Below, in pieces: positions 40,556 through 50,998 of a DNA stretch of 64,000 nucleotides (the stretch's first letter is position 1; the number at the start of each line of letters is the position of its first letter). This stretch comes from an uncultured bacterium (GTDB lineage Bacteria; Patescibacteriota; Microgenomatia; UBA1400; UBA12108). Below the pieces are notes generated by a model. The model did no database searches. It was not told the DNA's origin and saw only the letters and a list, made by a program, of their open reading frames with translations. The position numbers and the translations under genes are program-made. Location: positions 11,217 through 75,216 of the forward strand of contig CAXCDZ010000001.1 of NCBI GenBank assembly GCA_963981525.1. The letters run 5' to 3'.

Positions 40556-42172
40556 CTATCTACCGCTAGTAATCGTGAAGGCGTTGGTGCCGTTTGGGAA
40601 ATCAATCTTATCGAGAATCGGAGTATCAGCCCAAAAATCGTCACCTTTGCCGACGTAGAGAGTGCGAGACCCATCACTCCCTCCATCCCACTCCATTTGC
40701 TTGAAGGTGTATTTACCAATTGAGTATTCCTCAAGCTGATCAACCCAAGGGAGACCAAGCAGCTGATAATCAAGGAGTTTTTTGCTATCTTCCTGAAAAA
40801 TTCGTGGATCAAGCTGAGAATAAAAAGCAACAAAGACGTGTGGCTCGCCGTAGGCTTTGGTGAATATTATCTGATCATATGAGTCCTGGTGAGCGTCTAC
40901 GTACTCAACTGCTTGGCTGTATCCTACTTGCCAGTCTCTCGCAAAAGCGCGAGGGTACCAGGCATAATAAAGGAAGAAAAAACTAAAAACTTCGATAGCG
41001 GCGAGAGCATAAAGCAGGTTGAGATATTTGAATTTGATTTTGATTAAGTGGGTCAGACCAAGCGCGGCAAGGATTTGCCAGGCTGGAAGAGTAAGGATGC
41101 TTCTGAGAACGTGATAGGGATCTTTGGTGAGCGCGGCTGGCACAAAGCCAAATACGATAAGCGCTATGGGGAGAGTGCGGGCAAGTCCTCTGTATTTCCC
41201 TAGCTGAGTGAGACCTACTATGAGAAGGAAGAACTCAAATAAGTAGATAACTCCCCTATATGGGAGACTATGTTGGGGGCGGATGCTACTGGAACCTAGT
41301 AGAAAGTGGGGGGATAGATAAGAGGTCCAGTTGGAGAAGGACTTGGTTACCATGAAAGTATATTTGTTAAATACAACCTTATTAAGAGTGTCGGGGAGAG
41401 GGAAAGTATCCCGATAGTGATAAAACTCAGTAACTGCTTCGGCATCAGTTGTAATACCAACCTGCCCATACCTAGCACGTCCATTACCTGTGGCAAAATC
41501 AATGATCATGGGAGTAGCCATTAGAGCAAGGGTTAGAAGAAAAATGAATATTTTGCGAGGTTTGACCTTCTTGTAGGAATATGTGAGAAGTACGCCAACT
41601 ATAAGCGGTACCAGGAGCTTGGCACTATTGTAGGTGTACGGGGCAAGGCCAAAAAAGAGGGCTGAGCCCATGAGATGTTTCCACCTACTACTATCGAGAG
41701 ACAATAGATAGAGATAGATGCCTAATAGGAAGAATAGCAAAGAGACACCTGCCTCAAACCCAGGTCTCGAGAGCATAAGATGCCAGGGGGAAATAGTCAA
41801 TAAAAAGGCTGCGATCAGACCTACCTTCTCATTGTATAAGTGCTTGGCCAACAGATAAGTGAGATAAATTACTCCAATTCCGGCAAGAGCGGCAGGGAGT
41901 CTAACTCCCCAAGCGTTGAGACCAAAGAGCTTGATAAAGGGAACTAGGAGATAGATATAGACCGGAGATTTCCATTCACCATACGAGCGAAAGAAAAGGG
42001 GTAGGGAGTCTCCCCACTCATCCATTCCAGTTTCCATAATTGAGTAGGCGGAGTATCCCATCGAGACCTCATCCCAATTAAGAGCTGGTGGGACAGAGGA
42101 CAAAAGAAACACGCGAGTCACAAAAGCCAACAGTAAAATCCAAAATAGTTTTGGTGGAATTATCTTGCCCAT
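40556..42172 (-). CDS. GT-C fold glycosyltransferase, ArnT/PMT_2 family
   Basis: 'ALNWDEVSMGYSAYSIMETGMDEWGDSLPLFF...KSPVYIY'. Confidence 0.7.
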   Translation of the reverse strand: MGKIIPPKLFWILLLAFVTRVFLLSSVPPALNWDEVSMGYSAYSIMETGMDEWGDSLPLFFRSYGEWKSPVYIYLLVPFIKLFGLNAWGVRLPAALAGIGVIYLTYLLAKHLYNEKVGLIAAFLLTISPWHLMLSRPGFEAGVSLLFFLLGIYLYLLSLDSSRWKHLMGSALFFGLAPYTYNSAKLLVPLIVGVLLTYSYKKVKPRKIFIFLLTLALMATPMIIDFATGNGRARYGQVGITTDAEAVTEFYHYRDTFPLPDTLNKVVFNKYTFMVTKSFSNWTSYLSPHFLLGSSSIRPQHSLPYRGVIYLFEFFLLIVGLTQLGKYRGLARTLPIALIVFGFVPAALTKDPYHVLRSILTLPAWQILAALGLTHLIKIKFKYLNLLYALAAIEVFSFFFLYYAWYPRAFARDWQVGYSQAVEYVDAHQDSYDQIIFTKAYGEPHVFVAFYSQLDPRIFQEDSKKLLDYQLLGLPWVDQLEEYSIGKYTFKQMEWDGGSDGSRTLYVGKGDDFWADTPILDKIDFPNGTNAFTITSGR

Positions 42173-43092
42173 ACCTCTAGGATATCACGATCAGAGACAA
42201 TGGAGTTAGCTTGCTGTATGCGGCGCTTGCTGAGCGCTTCTGGCAACTTGAATAGTGCCTTGAGTAGTGGAAGAGGATACCTGTATAGATAGTATGGGAG
42301 ATAAAGGAGATGCTCTAAGAGCATTTTTTTGTCGGAGATGTTTTTCCAGATAAAGAGGAATTGATTGCGCTGCGCTGTGTCCATCACAAACTTCTTGGTG
42401 AAGTTGCTTGCGATCACACTCTTTTGGTGATCGTGCACACAATGACACTCAGGTGCCCAGAGAACTTTCCACCCTCTCTTCCATGCAGAGTAGCCTAGAT
42501 CCGTGTCTTCCCAGTAAAAAGGCTTATAAAGAGTGTTCATGCCACCTAATTGATTCCATTTCTTTTTGTCAAAAGCTGCCTGACCACCTGAGGCCCACAA
42601 GCTAGAATTGACAGAGTGAGAGTTGGCTTTGGTAGGCTTGACCTTGAAGTGATGGAAGAGACCCTTGTTCCATTCCCCTCCCATCCAGGCTTCGCCTGAG
42701 TTAAAACCAACTGAAAAAACATCCTTGTCATCAAAAATATCTAGGCATTTCTCAAAGCAGTCCACGCTGGGTCTGACATCTGTATTAAGGAGCATGATGA
42801 GATCTCCCTTGGCAAGGTTAACCCCTTTGTTAACGTTGGCGGAGAAACCGAGATTCTTGTTGTGGTTGTAGGCTCTGATCTTCCCTCGCTTTTGCTCTGA
42901 CTGCATAAACCCCCATGAGTCGTCGTGTTGACTATTGTCGTCAACTATGACGATCTCGGCTCCTACACGGGCAGCGGCTTTGTAGACATACGGCAGATTT
43001 TGCTTCATCTGAGTCTCGCTGTTCCAACTGGGGATCACGACGCTGACTTTGACTTTGCTTTTGTTTATCTTCATCTGCTTATTGTATACCAA
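42160..43092 (-). CDS. Glycosyltransferase family 2
   Basis: 'VSVVIPSWNSETQMKQNLPYVYKAAARVGAEIVIVDDNSQHDDS' and 'YWEDTDLGY'. Confidence 0.75.
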   Translation of the reverse strand: MVYNKQMKINKSKVKVSVVIPSWNSETQMKQNLPYVYKAAARVGAEIVIVDDNSQHDDSWGFMQSEQKRGKIRAYNHNKNLGFSANVNKGVNLAKGDLIMLLNTDVRPSVDCFEKCLDIFDDKDVFSVGFNSGEAWMGGEWNKGLFHHFKVKPTKANSHSVNSSLWASGGQAAFDKKKWNQLGGMNTLYKPFYWEDTDLGYSAWKRGWKVLWAPECHCVHDHQKSVIASNFTKKFVMDTAQRNQFLFIWKNISDKKMLLEHLLYLPYYLYRYPLPLLKALFKLPEALSKRRIQQANSIVSDRDILEVWAR

Positions 43093-44437
43093 AAATAGTT
43101 ACTCTTAGGCCACCAAAAACTTGCTCTCCAAGCTTGTCAGTACGATCAAGAAGAACTGCTATCTTATCTGACTCGGTTACTACCACGATCACTGGCGCCT
43201 CGTCTTGCATGCTGACTCCATGTGTTTTGAGAAGATAACCAATGCCATCACGCCTTCCTGGAGGTGCTTCTAATCTGAGGTTGATGATATCACCGTATCC
43301 AACTATGTAACTAGCAATATCCTGTTTGACTCGCAAGCTAAATGGTTCTGTAATGATAGCTCGCTCATTGAGATTGCTAACTATGATGAAGGCGATCAGG
43401 AGTGATATAAATATTTTTTTGGGTATAGTCTGCGCGCTCAACCTGGTAACCAAGAGCAATATTAGCGGGATGAACATGGGAAGGAAATAGTATTCGGCAA
43501 AACCTAGATCTCGATAGATGATAAGCATAAAAGGAACAAAGACAAGGATAGATGCACATAGCTTGGTTAGTGAAGATGCTTTTGTTACTAAAAGTGAAGA
43601 AAGTGCAATTACCAAGGATGCGATTCCTAGATAATTAACTCTAGAGCCAACTAGTAACTCTGAGAGAGTGTAGTCAAGTTTTGTAAGAAGAGTGGTTACA
43701 AAAATTAGGAGCTCGGCATGACCTGTACCACCACTAAGAAAGCTTATTAATAAGTGAGTATTGAGAAAACCATGCCTGAGATCAAATAGAAGAAGGGGTG
43801 TAAGGGGGAGAAAGAGGAAAAAGAGGGATAGTAATTTTTGTTTGTTTGTAAGGCTAAAGAAATATTTCGCCCTAGAGAGAACTAATAATCCTGCAACTCC
43901 AACGATAGAGAGATGAATGTGAGTTGAGAATCCCGCCACAAGGAAGAAAAGATATTTGTACCAAGACTTGTGATCTATATTATCCCAAAGAATAATCATG
44001 GTAATCATCCAAAGACTGAGAAGAGATACGTTCCATGGGACATGTGCGAGCTTGATGAGATAGGGAGAGATCATCCAGATTGTGCTACCAAGAATACCCT
44101 GCAATCTACTGCGTTTGGCAAGATATAAGTAGGTGATGAGACCAACGGAAACGTCAAGAATTAGTGATAAGATCGCAAGTCCAAGAGGATTACCGCTACC
44201 AAGAGCTAAGGCTACTGATCCAAGATAATAATAGAGTGGCCCTAGGAAAAAACTACCCTCCCCTCTCACAACTGGACCAATGAGAGTTGGTTTGCCACCT
44301 ATAATGTCAGACATGACTCCGACGTCGCGTGCTTGATCCCACTCAAAAGTGGTAAGACCTGATAGATTGCTGCTGCGTAAATAGATGCCCAGAACAGCGA
44401 GGAGGATTATTGAGAGATACTTAATAATATTTTTCAT
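43079..44437 (-). CDS. GT-C-like polytopic membrane protein (paralog of 55911..57419; D-Q variant of DE loop)
   Basis: 'TFEWDQARDVGVMSDIIGGKPTLIGPV...FLGPLYYYLGS' versus 55911 'FQGDEARDVLIAKRMIDNKTPILLGPE...YLGPLYYYLIT'. Confidence 0.55.
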   Translation of the reverse strand: MKNIIKYLSIILLAVLGIYLRSSNLSGLTTFEWDQARDVGVMSDIIGGKPTLIGPVVRGEGSFFLGPLYYYLGSVALALGSGNPLGLAILSLILDVSVGLITYLYLAKRSRLQGILGSTIWMISPYLIKLAHVPWNVSLLSLWMITMIILWDNIDHKSWYKYLFFLVAGFSTHIHLSIVGVAGLLVLSRAKYFFSLTNKQKLLSLFFLFLPLTPLLLFDLRHGFLNTHLLISFLSGGTGHAELLIFVTTLLTKLDYTLSELLVGSRVNYLGIASLVIALSSLLVTKASSLTKLCASILVFVPFMLIIYRDLGFAEYYFLPMFIPLILLLVTRLSAQTIPKKIFISLLIAFIIVSNLNERAIITEPFSLRVKQDIASYIVGYGDIINLRLEAPPGRRDGIGYLLKTHGVSMQDEAPVIVVVTESDKIAVLLDRTDKLGEQVFGGLRVTIFGIQ

Positions 44438-45477
44438 GATATGAGTTCTATTAGATTTTTTCCAAAATGTTTCTTGCTAAACCTCTTGACATCCATCTGG
44501 GAGGCAATGTTCTGATAACTCAAGAGACTAGCCACAACCTTAGTTGTTAGCTCCACTAGATTATCTAAACTATACCAGTGCAAACCCTGGTCACTAACCA
44601 CCTCATTCTGACCCCCTTTGGGGATTACTAGAGGAACGCAGCCGGCAGTGATTGCCTCGGCTGTGGTGATCCCAAAATGTTCGACTAGGTCTGGATTCTT
44701 GTTTTGATCAACTTGGTAACCTGCCCCGTGCCAGAATATACTTGCCTTACCATACAACTCAGACAAGTCAGAGTAGGATAGGTTGGGATAAAAATCTATG
44801 GGCAAGTCCCCGGCACTCTCTTGGAGCTTTGCGAGCCAAGTATCATCACTTGATCCTCCAGCGAGTGCAAGTCGCCAGCCATCTAGCAGAGGACTGAGCT
44901 TGGCAAAGGCTTGAATCAGGATATCCTGCTTCTTAATGTTAACCGTTGGTTCGAATCTACCAACTGAGAGAATGAGTTTTTCTTTTGCCCTAGTCTTAAT
45001 TGGTGTGACTGGAGGATAGATAACAAGTGAGTTGGTACGATATTCCTGGTCGATCACTGACTTGGTAAAGTTGGAGTTGACGATGATTCTGTTAACTCGC
45101 TTGAGCTTGAGTTGGGTTGCAAACTTACCTCCCCCGACATTATGGAAAGGTACCTGCATGTGAATGATGTTTGCCTTGGCTCCCAAAAGTGGGATGCTCC
45201 CATCGGAAAGATAGAGTACGAGATCATATTCGCGGGTTGCCTTGAACATTGCAAGAGGGCTGCCTTGTGAATAAAGTGGCATGATACTAGTATCTAATTG
45301 AGGGTTCTTGAGCTTGATATCCAGCAAGTTAGTGAGTTTGCTAATCTGCTCAAGATTGTCCCATGCGAAATGTAGTTCGTAGCCTGCGCTTTCGATGACT
45401 GAAGCGGCTTCGAGCATATATCTCTCCCCTCCCCCGAGATGATCTAGGTACGGGGTGACGATGAGAGCTCGCTTCAC
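44434..45477 (-). CDS. Glycosyltransferase family 4-like
   Basis: N-terminal 'MKRALIVTPYLDHLGGGERYMLEAA' and C-terminal 'EHFGITTAEAITAGCVPLV'. Confidence 0.65.
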   Translation of the reverse strand: MKRALIVTPYLDHLGGGERYMLEAASVIESAGYELHFAWDNLEQISKLTNLLDIKLKNPQLDTSIMPLYSQGSPLAMFKATREYDLVLYLSDGSIPLLGAKANIIHMQVPFHNVGGGKFATQLKLKRVNRIIVNSNFTKSVIDQEYRTNSLVIYPPVTPIKTRAKEKLILSVGRFEPTVNIKKQDILIQAFAKLSPLLDGWRLALAGGSSDDTWLAKLQESAGDLPIDFYPNLSYSDLSELYGKASIFWHGAGYQVDQNKNPDLVEHFGITTAEAITAGCVPLVIPKGGQNEVVSDQGLHWYSLDNLVELTTKVVASLLSYQNIASQMDVKRFSKKHFGKNLIELIS

Positions 45478-46295
45478 CTTTGTCCTTGCTGTTTCTCAAA
45501 TAATCCTTCGGCATGCTCTGGATTTTCGGGATGCTGTTGCATCTCGAATAACTTTGCGTAGCTCATAAAGACCGAGAAACCCTGGTAAATACTCTGGATC
45601 AGGCCGATCTTGCCGTCAAGTAGTCCTGCTTTGAATATGCCTCGCCTCACCATCTCCATCTTGAGTTTGCGCAGAAGAGTGAGTGAAGTAACTGGTGCCA
45701 TTTCTCCGTCATAATACTGCTCTGCTTCTTTGTCGGTATACCTGTCAGTTTTGTTGACGATGTACTCCAATGATTGATCCTTGTGATGCTCCATATGATT
45801 CCTGAGTTGACCTAACTCACCTCGGAATGTTGGGGTAGAGTGGATGTCGGTGGGCCAATCCAAGAAATCGGCCTTGCGAAATAACCTAACCACGTAGTCA
45901 GTGCCCCATCCCCCATATTTAAGTGGGTATCCAAGAGAGAAGTTGAGACGAGGAAGCTTGTAAGCTGGTGAAGGAGAAGGTGACTTGATAATTGCGACAA
46001 TCTCACCCTGCAGTTGAGGAGTAATAACTTCGTCAAAATCCATAATGAGAACCCAGTCGCCCTTGGCATCACGTACCTGCTGGGCACGAATCTCTTCGAC
46101 AACGCGAGAGGCTGGACGAGCGATAAAGATTAGATTGAGATTGTAGTTTTTTGCAAGCTGAAGCAGACCTCTATCCTCTTTCATCTCCATCGCATAAACA
46201 GTGATGTTGTCGGCAAAAGAAATGCTCTTAAGCAGATTCTCAAAGGTATCTAGATTATCTTCTGGGGCAATCTGAGTAATGGCTGAGAGTGTCAT
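45474..46295 (-). CDS. GT2-like (GT-A) glycosyltransferase
   Basis: 'GDWVLIMDFDEV' DxD region. GT-A-like N-terminal half. Confidence 0.5.
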   Translation of the reverse strand: MTLSAITQIAPEDNLDTFENLLKSISFADNITVYAMEMKEDRGLLQLAKNYNLNLIFIARPASRVVEEIRAQQVRDAKGDWVLIMDFDEVITPQLQGEIVAIIKSPSPSPAYKLPRLNFSLGYPLKYGGWGTDYVVRLFRKADFLDWPTDIHSTPTFRGELGQLRNHMEHHKDQSLEYIVNKTDRYTDKEAEQYYDGEMAPVTSLTLLRKLKMEMVRRGIFKAGLLDGKIGLIQSIYQGFSVFMSYAKLFEMQQHPENPEHAEGLFEKQQGQR

Positions 46296-47743
46296 TTTGC
46301 CTCTTTCTTGACCCCGAGATAATCACCTGACTCAGATACAATCTGATACTCAGGATCTAATAATGAGAGATCATCGCGAACTAGCATGATGACACCATCT
46401 GGATGATCATTGAGATAAGCTTGGAAGTAATCGGTGTTGTAGAAGAAGATGACCTGATTCTGATAGTAATAGAGCGTAGAGGGCGAACCTCCATAGCGAA
46501 AGCTCGAGCTTATTCTCTGAGATTCGGGCAAGATGGCCTCGGCAACGCGCTCCGAAGGAGAGACCAAGACAACGAGTGGGTCACTACTTATTGTGGAGAG
46601 AGCCCGGACTACTGTCAGTTGATTGGTGGTGGTGGGGGTAGAGCGAGGATAATCAACATATCGATAAGCAGAGAGAAGGGACTGGGCGAAAATACCGATT
46701 GCTAGAATAGCTATAACTTTTCTCGCTTGTTTTGAGTTGGCAAAATAGGTAATAGCATATCCACAGAGCAAGCTGACCGCTGGATAGACTGGAAGAATAT
46801 ACCAGAACAATCTCGTGCGTGCGAGCGTAAAAACAAGGATGGGAATGATCAGCCACCAGAGAACTAGGAGATCCTGAGCACTGCGTGAGCGAAGATATTG
46901 GCATAAGACAAAATATCCCCCCAGAATGGCAACTAGGATAACTCCTATCCCAAGATTCTCGTAGAGAAAATTGAGATAGTAATACCTACTCTCGAGATGA
47001 AACTCGATTGGATTGGTAACGCGTGCCACAACCTGTTCCAGGAAGTACGGGGAGATAAAGTCGTTTCGATATTTGAGATAGGAGTAGAGATGCCATGGAA
47101 TCAAGAGGAGAGAAGTCAGAATAGCCGAGCTTGTGAGATATTTTTTACCTTTTGTTAGGAGAAGTGGCAAAGAAATAAGGACTGCGAGCAAACCAGCAAC
47201 CCCCTTGAACCAAATGCTAAATGAAATAGTGAGAGCAAGAAAAATTGGTGAAAGATCAAAAAGGAGCACTACGCAAGTAGAGACAATACCCAAGAGAAGC
47301 GGCATATCGGTATTGAGTGCGCGAGATCGATCCAGAAACAAACCAAGTGTCCCCAAGATGCCAGCTGAGATCAAACCCATAATCCAAGAAGAGAGTTTTT
47401 TGCCTATCAAGTAAATGCCATAGAGAGTGAGGGCGGCAAAAATAGGCATGGCGAATCTAGCGCCAAACTCCCCTCCAAAAAATGTCAGGCCGAGACCGGC
47501 TACCCAGGAAATACCGGGGGGCTTTTCGAACCAAAGGTTACTATTGTAGGAATTGGTCCAGATATTACCATAATCTATTAGCTCTCTCCCGAGTTGACCA
47601 TAGATTGCTTCGTCCCAGTCATAGAGAGGATCTCTCCCTAAGCGCAAAAACAGAAGCAAACCAAAGAGAACAAAGAGTAGTGGTAGGATTTTATTTAGCC
47701 ATTTTGGCTGAGATTGCAAAGATTTTGTCATTCTTGTTCCCAA
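46292..47743 (-). CDS. GT-C fold glycosyltransferase, ArnT/PMT_2 family
   Basis: 'RDPLYDWDEAIYGQLGRELIDYGNIWT...FEKPPGISWVAGL' is ArnT-like. 40-53 bp overlap with the upstream gene; start uncertain (possibly non-ATG). Confidence 0.7.
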   Translation of the reverse strand: MGTRMTKSLQSQPKWLNKILPLLFVLFGLLLFLRLGRDPLYDWDEAIYGQLGRELIDYGNIWTNSYNSNLWFEKPPGISWVAGLGLTFFGGEFGARFAMPIFAALTLYGIYLIGKKLSSWIMGLISAGILGTLGLFLDRSRALNTDMPLLLGIVSTCVVLLFDLSPIFLALTISFSIWFKGVAGLLAVLISLPLLLTKGKKYLTSSAILTSLLLIPWHLYSYLKYRNDFISPYFLEQVVARVTNPIEFHLESRYYYLNFLYENLGIGVILVAILGGYFVLCQYLRSRSAQDLLVLWWLIIPILVFTLARTRLFWYILPVYPAVSLLCGYAITYFANSKQARKVIAILAIGIFAQSLLSAYRYVDYPRSTPTTTNQLTVVRALSTISSDPLVVLVSPSERVAEAILPESQRISSSFRYGGSPSTLYYYQNQVIFFYNTDYFQAYLNDHPDGVIMLVRDDLSLLDPEYQIVSESGDYLGVKKEAK

Positions 47744-48623
47744 AGTTGTTTGTTAAGAAATCTAAAAATGCAGCGCGTCTGATTGGACTACTCCAGTTGC
47801 GGAAAATAGCTTCTCGAAATAGAGCGAACTGGAGCCTAAGAGAGCCATATCGTTTGCCTATCATGAAGCGATTGCGAGTGATGTAGTAATCAACTAGTGG
47901 ACTACCAGAAACAGTGGTTGAAGAGTTTCGGTGGTAAACCATGAGCTTGGGGTTGTATTTAACTTCAATCCCGGCCTTAGCTGCTTTGAGACAGTAATCT
48001 GAGTCCTCAAGATATAGAAAGAAAGGCTCGTCCAACATGCCAATCTTCTTAAACACTTTCCTGGGAACTGCAATGTAGCATCCAGTAATGAACTCAACAT
48101 CCAGCTCTTTGTCATGTTGACCTTTGTCTACCTCATCGACTCCGAAGTGGCGGGCTATAGCCATGCCCCAGTCCATGTAACCACCGGCATACCAGATGAC
48201 GTCTCCCCTACCTTTTTGTTTATCATGATACTCATACCCCTTGGCGTAGTAGATCTTGGCACCTGCGATGCGATTTTTGCCATCCACGTACCTGAAAGCT
48301 CGGTAGAATAGATTGGGGTCAACCTCGGTGTCATTATTGAGAATGTGCACTACCTTGGCACCCATTCTCAAGGCCTTCTTGATTCCGATATTGTTACCAA
48401 CTGAGAAGCCCACATTGCCACCTGCATCAATTAGATCGAGGTCGGGGAACCTTTTTTTGAGCTGGGGAATCGAGTCGTTGCCAGAACCGTTATCGACGAC
48501 AATGATGTGAGGCTTGTCCTTAGAATTGTTGATTGAGTTGATGGCGACTTCTGTGTCTTCCCACTTCTTGTAGTTGATCATCACAACTGCGTGTTTGATC
48601 TTGCTTCTCTTCTTTTTTTTCAT
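47691..48623 (-). CDS. Glycosyltransferase family 2
   Basis: 'HAVVMINYKKWEDTEVAINSINNS...HIIVVDNGSGNDS' and 'LYLEDSDYC'. Confidence 0.8.
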   Translation of the reverse strand: MKKKKRSKIKHAVVMINYKKWEDTEVAINSINNSKDKPHIIVVDNGSGNDSIPQLKKRFPDLDLIDAGGNVGFSVGNNIGIKKALRMGAKVVHILNNDTEVDPNLFYRAFRYVDGKNRIAGAKIYYAKGYEYHDKQKGRGDVIWYAGGYMDWGMAIARHFGVDEVDKGQHDKELDVEFITGCYIAVPRKVFKKIGMLDEPFFLYLEDSDYCLKAAKAGIEVKYNPKLMVYHRNSSTTVSGSPLVDYYITRNRFMIGKRYGSLRLQFALFREAIFRNWSSPIRRAAFLDFLTNNFGNKNDKIFAISAKMAK

Positions 48624-49513
48624 ATTACCTTTCTGATTATTTTGTCTTTGAGACTCGACTTACCTATCTTACTTGTCCAGTGAAGAGACTCTTTGTAGCC
48701 ATGACGGAAAAACTCCTTAGGATGACTGACTAACTCATTCTCACTTGCGAGACTCTTGTACTGATTCTTTTCCCAGTAGAAGAAGAGAACAAGATAATAA
48801 TAGATTAACTGTAAAAATGCCAAGACAAATCCATGCATCCCATCCTTGTATCCCTGGTCAAAAAAGAAACGAGAGACGAACTCAGAAACTGATCTTTTCA
48901 TTGTATGCTGGAGAGTGATTGGTTTGCCCTGGGTTATGGCATCACTGGCTTCTGACTCTGCGTAACGAAAACTCCTATTGAGATAGTCTGAAATGCTGGT
49001 GTAGTTCTCGTGGATGAGGGCGTACTTCTCTTTTGGCTCGAGTTCTAGAATATCCCCTTTGACATCTGGTTTGGCGTGGATGTATTTGGGCCAACTGACT
49101 TTGCTTTTTTGGACAAACCGGATCTGATGATCTGGCCACCAACGACTATGTTTGATCCATTTGCCAAAAACAAAGTTCTTGCGAGGGATCTCAACTCCTG
49201 CATACTCACCATCTTTGGCAACTTGCTGGAGAATGGTTTGGAGAGACTGGGTGAGTTGCTCATCAGGGTCAATCACGAGAACATAGTCGTGCGCGGCGTA
49301 CTTGAGTGAAGATTGCCTAATCTCTTCGACTATCTCTACCCTCTTATGAGAGATGAGGTTGGCCTTGTGCTTTTTTATCACATCCTTTGTCTGATCATTA
49401 CTCTCCAGATCCACTACTGTAATATCATCTGAGAATCCCTTGAGGGAAGTTAGGCAGCGATCTAGACTCTCCGCTTCATTATGGGTGACGATAATTACTG
49501 AGATATTAGACAT
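48620..49513 (-). CDS. Glycosyltransferase family 2
   Basis: 'ISVIIVTHNEAESLDRCLTSLKGFSDDITVVDLESNDQT' and 'VIDPDE'. Confidence 0.75.
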   Translation of the reverse strand: MSNISVIIVTHNEAESLDRCLTSLKGFSDDITVVDLESNDQTKDVIKKHKANLISHKRVEIVEEIRQSSLKYAAHDYVLVIDPDEQLTQSLQTILQQVAKDGEYAGVEIPRKNFVFGKWIKHSRWWPDHQIRFVQKSKVSWPKYIHAKPDVKGDILELEPKEKYALIHENYTSISDYLNRSFRYAESEASDAITQGKPITLQHTMKRSVSEFVSRFFFDQGYKDGMHGFVLAFLQLIYYYLVLFFYWEKNQYKSLASENELVSHPKEFFRHGYKESLHWTSKIGKSSLKDKIIRKVI

Positions 49514-49534
49514 CGTGTAGTTATTCTACCAGAG

Positions 49535-50998
49535 TTATGACTTTTTGAAGGAATTGGCGAGAATATTCTTGACTTCGGCCTTGAGGAATTTGCCATCTAG
49601 TGTGTAGATGAGAATGGAGTAAACAATGATGCCAAGGATGATAGCTAGAATAAGTGTAAATAAGCTCGTGACAAAGAACTTATTAAAGAGAAAAATGGTA
49701 GATGCCATGACAAGTGAAGCCAAGAGAGGAATGCGGATGGAGTTAAGAGTATTGACTTTAACCACCTTGTTCATCTCGCGAATAACGAGCGGGAAGGTGA
49801 GGTAGGTAATAATGAAGATAGTAATTGTAATACCGACAAAACCAACATACTTGATCATCGGCAAACCGATCCCCCATGTCATAAGAGTGTACAAGACCAT
49901 AAGTTTGAGGACTACTTTTGGCTTGCCAAGTGCGTAGAGTGCGTTGGTGTAAGTCGTAGTCACGATGACTGGGAGAGCGGCGGCAAGCAACCACAGGAGT
50001 GCCGGAAGAGCTGGGAGCCATTTGTCACTTTTGTCAGCGTAGAGATACTGAAGAAGGCTAGTGGAGGTGACCATAAGCCCAGTCACGGCTGGAAAATACA
50101 GAATACTCATGAGATGAGTTGACTTCTCTAGCCAGCGACGGAGGCGCGCCTTGTCATGTTGAATGCGAGAGTAGGTGGGGAAGGTGATTCTGGAGACAAT
50201 CGTGATGATCTCCATTGGACGACTACTGATATTCTGTGCCAGGTTAAGAAATCCGACGGCGACTGGACCATAGAAAAAGGCAATCACAGTTGGGGTGATA
50301 TTATCCTTGAGGAGTGCAAGGAGAGAGTTGAGTTGATAAGGTACGCCAAAACTAAGAAGCCCTTTGATCGACTTTTTGTCAAACCCCCACCCCATTTTCC
50401 AAGGAGCAATAATATTAAGAGAGACTGCCCCGAGAAATGTTCTTGCTAATACTGCAACTGCTAGACTCCAGACACCATATCCCTTGAACGCCATAAAGAC
50501 TGCTATTCCATTGTAGGCAACAGTCTCTAGGATCTCTGGGATAATCAGAATATCAAAGCGAAGTTTGCGTTCAAGAAGAATCGAGGGGATAGTTTTGAAT
50601 GAAGTAAGGAAGATGCTAAAGCTGAGCGCTCTAATTAGCCACATTCCCTGTGAACCCAAGTCGTAGATGTTGGAAACATACGGCGAGACTACCCAGGCAA
50701 TAAGCATGAGGAAAGTTACCAATAATTGCTGAATGGTGAAGGTGGTTCTGATGTCCTTGAGATCAAGCTCTTCCTTTTTTTGGATCAAGGCAGCGCCAAG
50801 ACCAACATCAGAGAAAAAAGCGAGGAAAGTAAAAACGATAAAAGTAACAATCGCAAAGATTCCAAAAGTTTCTTGGGGAAGGGTTCGCGCGAGAAAAATG
50901 ACTCCAAAAGTATCAATTACCTTGAGAATGATACGTCTAAAAGAAAGTGTGAACACCCCCTTAAAAGCACGTTGTTTGAGATTATCTAGATTTGACAT
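49535..50998 (-). CDS. Wzx-like oligo/polysaccharide flippase (MOP superfamily)
   Basis: 'LKQRAFKGVFTLSFRRIILKVIDTFGVIFLARTLPQETFGIFAIVTF' N-terminus. ~14 TM. Confidence 0.7.
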   Translation of the reverse strand: MSNLDNLKQRAFKGVFTLSFRRIILKVIDTFGVIFLARTLPQETFGIFAIVTFIVFTFLAFFSDVGLGAALIQKKEELDLKDIRTTFTIQQLLVTFLMLIAWVVSPYVSNIYDLGSQGMWLIRALSFSIFLTSFKTIPSILLERKLRFDILIIPEILETVAYNGIAVFMAFKGYGVWSLAVAVLARTFLGAVSLNIIAPWKMGWGFDKKSIKGLLSFGVPYQLNSLLALLKDNITPTVIAFFYGPVAVGFLNLAQNISSRPMEIITIVSRITFPTYSRIQHDKARLRRWLEKSTHLMSILYFPAVTGLMVTSTSLLQYLYADKSDKWLPALPALLWLLAAALPVIVTTTYTNALYALGKPKVVLKLMVLYTLMTWGIGLPMIKYVGFVGITITIFIITYLTFPLVIREMNKVVKVNTLNSIRIPLLASLVMASTIFLFNKFFVTSLFTLILAIILGIIVYSILIYTLDGKFLKAEVKNILANSFKKS